In this document: piece after piece, positions 53,561 to 64,000 of the stretch
How positions within the stretch are numbered: the first letter of the stretch is position 1
How the letters are laid out: every line of letters starts with the position of its first letter
Assembly: GCA_964016885.1 (NCBI GenBank)
Contig: OZ024740.1
Coordinates: 124,496,001 to 124,560,000 of the forward strand
DNA length: 64,000 nt
Direction of reading: 5' to 3'
From: Eledone cirrhosa
Lineage: Eukaryota
Notes under the pieces: model-generated
The model's database searches: none
What the model was told of the DNA's origin: nothing
The model's input: the letters and a program-made list of their open reading frames with translations, nothing else
Position numbers and translations under genes: made by a program

Positions 53561-54689
53561 GCAAAGCAGAAGGAAAAGAAGAAAAGAGAGTGTTTGTTCT
53601 GGTATATAAATAGTTAGAAGGACTGCATAGTGTCACAGTAGTAACACATAGCAAAGATTCACTTTCACTCTCTCCTCACACACACACGTTTTCTCTGCTT
53701 CTTTTTTGTGAATGTCTATTTATTTATATTTTTCCTTCCAGCATTACCATTTGCACAACTTGTCTGCACCGTATCCTGTCCTAGTAGAAAGCCACTCACT
53801 TCTCCCCTGTCTCCTGTCTTGTCACATATGAATCTTTCTGGTGTCGTATTCTAAGGTGCCATGTAACCTGTACTCAATATTATACAACACCGCCTTCATT
53901 CACAAAATTGCACTAACCACGTAGGTGGCTGAAGGGATAGAGGCTTTTATTCATTTGTCTAATGTGTTTATATATTTCATGTGCCTTTTTGCTCTTTACT
54001 ACGACTGTAATGATATGCATTCCTTCTTTGATTAACTAATTCAATATCACTCTTATGTACAAAATTGCATTACCCTAGGAGTAGGTGAAGTGGAAGATGG
54101 ATGCTTTTGTTCATTTGTTCCATGTATTTGGATTTTTTTATGTGTGTGTCTTTGCTATTGATTATTATTGTAATGCTATGCAACTTTTCTTTGATTATAT
54201 ATATATATATGCATACATACACTTTATTATTTGAGTGAGATGAATCTGAGTATTCATGAAAAAGAGAAATTGAGGGAGGGTAAGTGACGGGTCAAAATTA
54301 GCTTAAATGTGTGTGTGGAATAGAGTGTGTAAGCATGCAGAGTGATGGAAAATTATGTTTTTTTACCATCTCCTTCACTAACTTTTTCGTGCTCCTCCAA
54401 ATTTCACTTCAATAAAATGTTCATTCTATCTAACTTTTTTTTTTTAAGCAACCCATATCCAAAGTATAGGTTATTGGATTTGAAGTGCTGTATTTTTTAT
54501 GAACGTGTAAGGGCATCGTGAGAAATGGTAATGGAGTTTCATGACAACCAGCCAAGCTTGATTTTAAACATATATATATATCTATATATAAGTAGAAGTT
54601 GTATTTAATTTGTTGGAAGTCCGACAAACATAGATGTTTATAACTGATTTAGAGCACTCAACAAGTTACTGGAGTAGCGAATATAACCG

Positions 54690-56750
54690 ATCTAGCAACC
54701 TAACAGACTGTATAATAGGCAGTATGGATGTTGTGTCCCTATATCCATCCATTGACGTGGATTTTGGTGTGGAGAAATGCATAGAAATGATCAGTGAGAG
54801 CAATGTTGAATTCCGTGGGATTGATACCAGTGAGCTGGGACTCCTACTTAAACTTACCTATAATAATGATTATCTAGATACATATGACCTTAGCAACCTG
54901 TGCCCTACAAGACCAGTAAGAGGCAGACCACCTACCATTACCTCATTGGCCAAGAAGAGCCACACAGAAAGATGGAAAGGGTGGACCAGAGCCATATGGA
55001 CCCCCGAAAACCACGATGAACTATAGAAAATGATTGCACATGCGGTGGGGGCCAGTATAAAATTAATCCTTAAGGAACATATGTTCAAATTTAATGGAAA
55101 AACATATGCCCAAGAGGAGGGAGCAACCATTGGTGTTAGCATTGCAGGTGACATAGCTAACTTATTCATGGTATGGTGGGACAATAAACTTAAACTTAAA
55201 CTTAAAGAACAATTAGAAGACAGCAACCTCTTAACCCTGATAATGTACTCCCGCTATATTGATGATATAAATATCGTAGTAAAAACACCCCCACTAGAGA
55301 ACAGTCAGGAATTAGAGAAAAACACAATGGAAAGCATCCAGCAAATAGTTAATTCCATCCACCAGAGTATTAGAGTTACTATAGACTACCCAAGCAAACA
55401 CCCCAACCATCGATTACCTGTACAAGACACAGCTCCGGTTAGAAACCATTAATAACAAAAAACAAATCCTCCATTCCCATTATGCCAAACCCATGACTTC
55501 CAAATATCTAATCCACCAAAACTCAGCTGCTTTGGATCACACCAAAATCAACATACTGATTGCGGATTTGGTACGGGTGATGAGAAACGTGACCCACAAA
55601 GAACTAGAGAGACACATACAACACTTCATCCACTGTATGCAGTTCTCTGGTTACAATCAGAGAGATAAAATCAGAGTATATAGAGGAGCCAGAATCAAAT
55701 AGGAAAAAATGGTAAATAATGATACAAATGTGACCTGCTTCTTGTATAGGAGCAAATTTTGGAATAGAATAGAAAAGAATAGAATAGACAGAATAAAGTT
55801 AATAGAATAAACTTATGGTGTGATAGCAATAAATACCACAGTGTAATGTTCATCAATACAACCCCTAGATGGGCCCAAGATAAACATAAACTTAATATTA
55901 AGATAGTAGAAAGACCAGGTACCTCCATAAAAACACTTATTAGCAATACATACCCTTTTCAAAGACCTCCCTGTATAGATAAGAAATGCATAATCTGTAA
56001 ACTAAGCCCCCATATTAACTGTAAAACTAGAAATGTAGTATAGAGCATAAGATGTACTGAAGGACAATGTAGAGATAAGAATATATCTACATAGGTGAGA
56101 CAGCTCGTAGAATAGGAGAACGGTTAAATGAACACTGGTGAGAACTTCAAGATGAAAAAGAATCATCAGTACTCCACCAACATGCTAAAATAGAACATCA
56201 GGGAAAATTAGAGAACATAGAAATAAAAATAGAATCTACACACAGAAAAGATGCAATGTTTAGACAAATCACAGAGGCAATAAACATAAATGAACTCCAA
56301 CCAAAATTAAATAGTAAACATGAATGGAATAGCAACATCACAACTTACAATTAAGGACAAAATGAAAACACACACACACATAGAACAAACAACCAACCAG
56401 TAACATGTAAATAAACAAATAAATAAACAAATAAAAACACACACAGACACCCGGATGTAACACATGCGCAAACTAAGCACACAACACACACAAAAACAAG
56501 ATGGCGTAGGACAGTACAAAAAGGAGAGGCACAAAACAAAGAAAATAATCTCCAGTCACTGAAGAGGTCACAGAATGTGTAACGAAAGAACTTTGACAAT
56601 ATATGAACAACCGTCTGGTTATGGGACCAACCAACCAACCAGAAATTTATAAATTCTTAAATTTATAAATTTAATTTATAATAAATTGGAGTGAAAGCAA
56701 CTGGTACGTGTGTTTCTTATTGGCAACATGGCCCTCCCAAAGCATAACAA
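54690..56750 (+). mobile_element. 5'-truncated Neptune-like PLE (family C)
   Basis: SMDVVSLYPSI, GATIGVSIAGDIAN, RYIDDI, YIGETAR; homologous to 22702-24850. Confidence 0.88.
56555..56597 (+). ncRNA. Type-I HHR in family C pLTR
   Basis: gtca-CTGAAGA-g-gtcaca[gaatg]tgtaac-GAAA-g[aa]CTT-tgac. Confidence 0.78.
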
Positions 56751-57052
56751 CATATTTATTTTATTATATATATTTCAAGGGCAACCAAGAATACATTGGT
56801 ACGCTTTCATCAGATAAAATACAAAGTTTGTTTTATAAATAGAGATGAAAATCATACCTTATCGTCACTGGGTAGTCAGTGGATTTCCAACCGATAAGCT
56901 ATGATTTTCATGGGTATGTCTCTATTTATAAAACAAACTTTGTATTTTATCTGATGAAAGCGTACCAATGTTGTCTTGGTTGCCCTTGAAATATATATAA
57001 TAAAATAAATATGGTTTTATAAATATAGTTTCCATTTATTTAATATCATTGT
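56751..57052. mobile_element. Palindromic non-coding element with two complete HHRs (56757-56821 minus; 56943-57007 plus)
   Basis: tattttat-CTGATGA-aagcgtacca...tggttgccctt-GAAA-t[atat]ATA-ataaaata on both strands. Confidence 0.88.
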
Positions 57053-57364
57053 ATATATATATATTAAGAAGTGCACTAGCAGCCAAATTAGAGTCCAATT
57101 CGATCCAAAAATTGATTAAAGGTGTTTATAATGTTTTTCAATTTGCAGAGACATGAGTAATATCTGTAATTTGAAGGGCCAGTCGCCACATTCTCTGCCA
57201 TGCTGAATCTACCTGTGTTAAGACGATGTGTGTCTGTGGAATGCTCAACCACTTGCATGTTAATTTCACAAAGAGACTGTTCCGTTGATCTGATCAACTG
57301 GAACACTCATCGTCATAGCTGTCAACGTGCCAGTTTATATATATATGTCTTTCTCTTTCTCTCT

Positions 57365-58260
57365 TGGGCATGAACCATAAGATTGTTTGGAAGATTATCA
57401 CAGAAGTTTTGGTCAACGTGAAAATGGTGTTGAAGCTGCTAAATGATAAACAGAAGGAATGATGCATGCAGGTGTGTTAGGACAACCTCAAACATCTTGA
57501 AAGTGAACTAGCTAGCTGGGAGAGCCATTACCAGTGATATGGATTTTTTAGTGCAATCCAGAGACCAAGCACAAGAGCCAACAAGAGAGCCATGATGACT
57601 CTTTTCAGGAGTGCATGGATGTGTGGAAGAGAAGGATAGTAAATTTCATTAGACTCACGGGCGATAATTTCACTAGCTGGTTCAGTCTCAAGATGTTTGA
57701 GGTTATCCTAACACACCTGCATACATCATTCCTTTTAGTTATCATTTAGCAGCTTCAGCACCATTTTCACTTTGACCAAAACTTCTGTGATAATCTTCCA
57801 AACACTCTTATGGTTCATGCCCAACTCACTTGCATTAGTGGAATAGTCAGCTGATGATTGCCCTGCATCACTTACCTCATGCACTCAATGTTGGCCTCAG
57901 TTCTGCTCATTGAAGGCCTTCTACTTCTGGGGTTTTCTTTGAAACTTTTGTGCCACTTGAAAACCCATGAGCATGACATCACCTCATCTCCATATATTTT
58001 CCATAGTATTCCAAGTGGTTTTGATGGAGTTTTCCCCTACTGATCCAGAAATTCAGGTTGGTTCATTGTTCTGTGCCAATTACTCAATGGCCTAAAATTG
58101 AGGAGCTTTTAGCAAAAGCATGTGAATAATCATGCAATGGCTACAGAGAGCTCAGATCACAATTATATACTCTCCAGATATTACATCACATGGTGACAAA
58201 ACCTGCTAATCCCTACTCTACTCATAACAACCACAGTCCTATTACATTTTTGTTGCAACC
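57365..58260 (-). mobile_element. Mariner-like transposon fossil with internal inverted duplication
   Basis: 57365-57515 is mirrored at 57671-57826; remnants resemble QKERRMQVCQDIL..ITGD..YDPETK. Confidence 0.65.
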
Positions 58261-58454
58261 CCAACCCTATCACTCAATTAACTATAAATATATATATATC
58301 AAAATTTGAAGTTTTATCGTGGCTTTCAAACTTCAAATTCTTATACCGTATACAATGCTTCAAGTAAATTGCAAATTCCTCCAATATATATATATATACT
58401 TCATTTTTTAAATTTGTTTTGCATGATTTCTTATCTAAAAGTGTGTTGAAACAG

Positions 58455-58752
58455 ATATCGTTATACTTGGGGAGGGTAATGCTGCCAATAAAAACACATA
58501 CACCTATTGGATTTCACTTCAATTTATCATAAATTTCCTGTTGGTTTGTAGGATAGAACGAAGGAGAGATGCAATATAAGAAATCAGTCACTGAGGAAGT
58601 CACAGAAAGTGTGACAAAAGAGTTTTAACAATATATATATAACCCTCCGGTTATTGAACCAAACAACCAGAAATATATGATAAATCGAAGTGAAAACCAA
58701 CAGGTGCATGTGTTTTTATTGGCAGCATTACACTCCCAAAGTATAACAATAT
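58455..58752 (+). mobile_element. Solo family C pLTR with inverted 5' arm and degenerate central HHR (58587-58629)
   Basis: 58460-58548 mirrors 58658-58748; gtca-CTGAGGA-a-gtcaca..tgtgac-aaaa. Confidence 0.7.
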
Positions 58753-59301
58753 ATATAAATGTGCGTATATATATATATATGTGTGTCATCATCATCACTG
58801 TTTCACGTCCATTTTTCCATGCTAGCATGGATGTGTGTCTATAGGTGTGTGAGATAATATAATATGTATGTATATATATACACATATATTCACATTTATA
58901 TATGTATGTATATATGCAAACACACACACACAACACACACATATATATATATATATATATACATATATATATTGAGAAAAGCAGGGGTTGGAGCACAGAG
59001 TAAGTAACAGTGATAGACAGACATTGATATACAATATGTTGCGTGATAGATTTTTAATACATATTTATGATAAATTATTCCAATTATTCTCAGTGGTACA
59101 GCAATAAATTGTCAAAATAAATTCTATTTACTTTAACTAAGTTAAAAAATATTTTTCTTTTTTACTTAAAACAACAAAATAAAACATACATAAAAAGAAA
59201 ACATTTCTTATTCACACTGTAGTGCATTGTGATAAATTATGGAATTACAAAAATATATATGTATACTACATATATATGTATTAATGTGTGTGTGTGTCTA
59301 C

Positions 59302-59354
<53 letters not shown>

Positions 59355-59359
<5 letters not shown>

Positions 59360-59549
59360 AAAAAGTATGACTCCGACGGCAGAGCTCAAGCCGTTTCAAC
59401 AGCTATTTCTGGACTCAGAAATAGCCATCGAAACGGGTTGAGCTCTGCATCGCGGTCACACTTTTTCCTATTTCCCACTCTACTACCCTAAATATTGAGT
59501 ACTCTGGTGCATTATGGTCCATCTGGTTCCTTACCACAATTCCTTTGTT
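59355..59549 (+). mobile_element. Solo Naiad pLTR end with fold-back (palindrome 59355-59471)
   Basis: Homologous to 35497-35638; axis at 59412-59415, next to HHR stem II. Confidence 0.85.
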
Positions 59550-62142
59550 ATCATCATCATCATCAACGTTTAACGTCCGTGTTCTACGCTTGCATGGGTT
59601 TGGACGGGAGTTTTCCCACTTGAGGCAAGAGTGATTGACTTGCTCTAATAGGACTGTCTGGCAGGTTTTTTACAGTTGGATGCCCTTCCTAACACCAACC
59701 ACATTTACAGTGTGGGTCTGGGAGGTTTTTACCGTGTTGCCTACACGGCCACATTACAGCGTGGACTGTGTGTTTTTTTGTCGTGACACCTACACGATCT
59801 CATTTGTTTCGGCCTGGATGGTGTGGCACCAACATAACTTTACATAGAAGGGGGCGGTATGGATGGGGTGGGGGTGGGGGTGTATTTTGTTAGAGATGCC
59901 TACTGACTTTAGTAGGTTTTACTATGTATTTAGGTAAGGCGGGTCTTCTCTATTACTGAGTACCGCCAAAGGTCTCGGTCAAGTGACATTGTCTTGGAGA
60001 GGTGTAAGTGTGTGAGGTCGGAGTTTATCAGCTCGTCCCAGGTTTTTCTGGGTCTGCCTATTCCGTGGCTACCGTCTATCTTTATTGCCCTGCACTTTGT
60101 TATACAGCTATCGTCTTTCATGCGCATCACGTGTCCATACCAATGAAGCCTTCTCTCGAGTAAACAACATCTGATCCCTCTTATTTCTAATTTTTTCCTT
60201 AGTTCGTTTATGCTTTGCCGTTCACATATATTACTATTACACATCCAGCGGAGCATGCAAGCTTCGTTCCTCTCTAGTCTGCGTATATCCTCTGCACACA
60301 ATGCCCAGGTCTCACTGCCATGCAACATTGCTGTTCGTATGCAGGCATTATACAACCTGCCTTTCATTTTTAGGGAGAACCCTTTAGCGGCTAATAGTGG
60401 TATAAGCTCTCTGAACTTTTTCCATCCAGTTCTGACTCTAGCTACTGTACTTTCAGAGCACCCTCCCCCACTGCTGATTTTGTCACCCAGGTAACGGAAG
60501 CTGTCCACTATTTCTATAGAGCCCTCTGCGCAGTTGAAAGAGCTAGTATTTGTGGGCACTTGCTGCTACTTATTGCACCAGAGCACCGGCCACATGTGAA
60601 ATCTATGTTCTTAGTTAGCTTACCTGTGATCCCACTACATCTTTTATGCACCCATACTTTGCATTTCTGACACAAAATAGAGTTTCTACCTACGCCTTTC
60701 CTACACACTGAGCATGGCCACTTCCCTGAAGGGACTGCCGCCTTAATTTCTTTCCTACAAACTAGAACTTTGGTCTTAGCCAGGTTAATTTTAAGGCCTT
60801 TTGATTCTAGGCCGTGCTTCCCTGATTGGAATTTCTTCTCTAGCTTGGCCATTGATTCAGCTATGAGTTGTAGGTCGTCTGCGTATAGGAGTTCCCATGG
60901 GCAGCCGGTCTTGAACTCCTCTGTTATAGCCTGAAGGGCAATAATAAATAGTAGGGGGCTGAGAACAGAGCCCTGATGGACGCCAACTTTTACGCTAAAC
61001 TCTTCACTATATTCGTTGTTAATTCTAACCTTGCTGACTGTTTCTTTATACATGGCTTGTATAGCTCTCACAAGCCATTCGTCAACACCTTGTTTTCTAA
61101 GAGCCCACCAGATAATGGAACGGGGGACTCTGTCGAAAGTTTTCTCCAAGTCGACAAAAGCTAAGTATAGGGGTTTACTTTTAGCTAGGTACTGCTCCTG
61201 TAGTTGTCGTACAATGAAAAGAGCGTCTGTGGTACTTTTGCCTGACACAAACCCGAACTGCATTTTATTGAGGTCAATTCTCTCTCTGATTAGTTGCGCT
61301 ATTACTTTTTCCGTGACCTTCATGACCTGGTCGATTAATTTAATGCCTCTATAGTTACTCCTATCTAGGACATCTCCTTTACCCTCATAACAGTTAACGA
61401 TGATGCTGCTACGCCAGTCCTTTGGAACAACCCCATTCTGTACGACTTGGTTAACTATCCAGGTGACCATGGTGTGTCCCACCGTGCCAGATGCCTTCAG
61501 CATCTCAGTAACTATTTCCGAAGGCCCAGCTGCCTTACCCGTCTTCATATCCTTGATTGCCTTACTTATTATACTACCCTCGACTAACACTGCTGGTCCC
61601 TCTATTGGGTCGATGTGGGGGAGACTGTCTTTCTCCCATTTATTCTCCTCATTTAGTAGCCTTTCATAGTGACACTTCCAAGCTACCTTCTTATCAGCGT
61701 CGGTGATGGCAAGTACGCCGTCATCTTTAAGTACACATTTCTCCCCGACAATATCACGGTTTTCCTTGACACATTGCCTAGCAATCCTGAACACCTCACG
61801 TTTTTGGTTCTCGCATTGTAGGACATGCTTGAACTTTCTTTCCTCTGCTTCCCTTCTTGCGAAGTACACTTGTCTCCTAGCTTCCCTCCTGGCCACTTGA
61901 TAGTCTTCTCTACTTCCCCCATCCCGCCATACTTTCCAAGCCTGCTTTTTGGCCTTAATTGACCCCTCCACCTTACTCTTCCACCACCATGTTAATCTCC
62001 TCCTGCCTACAGGCCTGCTCCAGCCACAGACTTCGTCTGCCGCCATCAGCAGGTTTGCTTTCAGGAATTCGCACTGCTCCTCTATATTGTACGACTCTAA
62101 TTGCTCTTCCTTACTGTCGAAAGCATCAAGTAGTATGCTTTT
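59550..62142 (-). mobile_element. Young RTE-clade LINE, 5'-truncated (no APE domain), (ATG)n tail
   Basis: Long RT ORF, ~350-bp 3' UTR, 5' junction at (TA)n. Confidence 0.95.
59930..62142 (-). pseudogene. RTE reverse transcriptase ORF (one frameshift at ~60550) with internal PHD-type finger
   Basis: GKAAGP, NYRGIKL, QFGF, FVDLEKTFDRV, GVHQGSVLSP, LLYADDL, CSVC..CQKC..HKRC..CGRC, FRYLG, RLHWYGH. Confidence 0.92.
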
Positions 62143-62307
62143 AAATTATATATATATATATGCAGAGGTTATATTTAATTCGTTGGGATTCAACAAGCTT
62201 AAACATTTTTTTATAACTGATATAAAGCACTCAACAGTAGTGGAGTCATCATCATCGTTTAACGTCCGTGTTCCACGCTTGCAGTATATATAATATACAA
62301 TATATTA

Positions 62308-62678
62308 ACAATATATTAACAAATGGAAACTATATTTATAAAACCATATTTATATTATTATACATATTTCAAGGGCCACCAATGCAAATTATGGTGCGCT
62401 TTCATCAGATAAAATATAATACAGATTAGTTTTATAAATAAATATTGACATACCCTGAAAAAAAGACAACATTAATGGATGGAGCTTCACTATTTAAGAA
62501 GCTCCAACCGTTAATGTTGTCTTTTTTTCAGGGTATGTCAATATTTATTTATAAAACTAATCTGTATTATATTTTATCTGATGAAAGCGCACCATAATTT
62601 GCCTTGGTGGCCCTTGAAATATGTATAATAAAATAAATATGGTTTTATAAATATAGTTTCCATTTGTTAATATATTGT
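62308..62678. mobile_element. 371-bp near-perfect palindrome with two complete HHRs (62351-62416 minus; 62570-62635 plus)
   Basis: 181-bp arms, 9-nt spacer (62489-62497), ~4 mismatches; same family as 56751-57052; TA-rich flanks. Confidence 0.92.
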
Positions 62679-62770
62679 ATATATATATATATATTGTTAA
62701 GTAATTCCAAAGAAAAAGCAAAGGAAAAAAGAGTGCTCTATGTATAATACAGAGCTATTTAATTAGAATA

Positions 62771-62843
62771 AACTTCCTTCTGATGAGCGAACTAGACGTA
62801 TATTAATATAGTCTAGGGTCCTGAAAACTTTGGTAATGGAGTT
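62771..62843 (+). ncRNA. Partly degenerate type-I HHR
   Basis: aacttcctt-CTGATGA-..ctagac...gtctag..-GAAA-actttg-GTA-atggagtt. Confidence 0.6.
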
Positions 62844-62884
62844 GTTATATATTCTGTTGTTCACTTTCTTATATATATATATAT

Positions 62885-63182
62885 ATATAAGTATTTATAT
62901 GTACATACATATATGTGTACAGACGTACAGTAGTATGTATATATATACATACATGCACACATATATATATGTACGTATGGGTTGACGATATGTAAATATG
63001 GACGACGATGGTTGCCGAGCACTGTACGGCGTAATTCGAGCTGTTTGTTTACAAACAAACCGAACATTATAATAAATGTTTGGTAAACCCATACGCACAT
63101 ATATATATGTGTGCATGTATATATATATACATACTACTGTACGTCTGTACACATATATGTATGTATGTATAAATACTTATAT
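62885..63182. repeat. Fold-back element with ~98-bp arms and ~100-bp spacer
   Basis: gtgtacagacgtacagtagtatg...atgggtt mirrored by aacccat...catactactgtacgtctgtacac. Confidence 0.85.
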
Positions 63183-63516
63183 TTAGGTATCAGCCGTACT
63201 AAGAGTGAGAAATGAAATTTCGTATTATTCTTTTCCATTTATAAATATATATACATAAACGGAAATAACCCTTAACTCTTCATGAAGTTGTAGGTGTACT
63301 ATCTTGAGTATTTTAAACCTGGCAGAGTCCATCACTTTCCTCTTTAGAACACAGCCAATTTCTTCCAGAGAAAGTGATAATGATTGATAAGAGGAAACCA
63401 ACCCCAGTACGAGACTGGGTCTTTATATATTAAACTTAGAAGGATGAAATTCTTATTCACTCCCTCATATAACCTAACACACATAGAGTCAAACCTACAT
63501 GCACACATATACAGGT

Positions 63517-64000
63517 ATCATCATCATCACCATTTTACGTCCATTCTCCCATGCTAGCATGGGTTAGACAGGTTGTCCTGTTGCAGGAAGAGTCCAGTCG
63601 GTTGACCTTGTCTTGCTCATACAGGAACTGATTCTGGCTTGATTTCTACAGCTGGATGCCATTCCTAACACCAACCTCATTTACAGTGAGTGCTGGGTGC
63701 TTTTTTTCCGTGGTGCCTACACATCCACTTTACAGTGTGGGCTGGGTGCCTTTTTGCCGTGGCACCTCCACGACCACTTTGCAGTGGGAGGGTGTGAGGG
63801 CATATTGTCTACATACTTCAGCTTCGGCTTGTTCCCATAGAGTCGGGTCTTCTGTATTACTGCGTGATGCCAGAGGTCACGGTCATGTGTCATCACCCTT
63901 GAGAGGTGCAATTGAGTAAGGTCTGCTTTTATCACCTCATCCCAGTCTTCTTGGGTCACCCCACTCTGCGGGTTCCATCGACTTCTAGTGCTCTGCACCT
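63517..64000 (-). mobile_element. RTE LINE 3' end, second subfamily (runs off the window)
   Basis: WDEVIKADLTQLHLSRVMTHDRDLW plus related 3' UTR and (ATG)n tail. Confidence 0.85.

Noticed and set aside
53900-54197. Diverged ~160-bp tandem duplication, possible LTR
   Set aside because: The duplication is visible, but there are no TG..CA ends, PBS or coding support, so it is not called.

Overview
AT-rich, microsatellite-dense animal genomic DNA. The SINE/LINE repertoire looks like an octopus-type cephalopod (inference). I cannot support any host protein-coding gene; nearly all short ORFs are translated (TA)n/(CA)n/(CAT)n repeats or TE antisense frames. The window is a nest of retroelements: at least four families of Penelope-like elements (PLEs; RT + C-terminal GIY-YIG, including two Naiad-type and two Neptune-type copies), many copies of a young RTE-clade LINE with a PHD-type C4HC3 finger inside its RT, fossils of R4/Dong-like, CRE-like, mariner and Chapaev3-like elements, tRNA-derived SINEs and a ~632-bp tandem repeat. 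Main result: by eye I find about 20 complete or near-complete type-I hammerhead ribozyme (HHR) motifs, several with non-canonical cores. Many sit in short, non-coding fold-back elements inserted in (TA)n. The clearest are a family of ~300-370 bp palindromes with a complete HHR on each strand (56751-57052, 62308-62678) and a second family at 34835-35137. In other elements the fold-back axis lies inside the ribozyme (39090-39302, 42366-42502, 59355-59471). Coordinates were read by eye; element boundaries are approximate.
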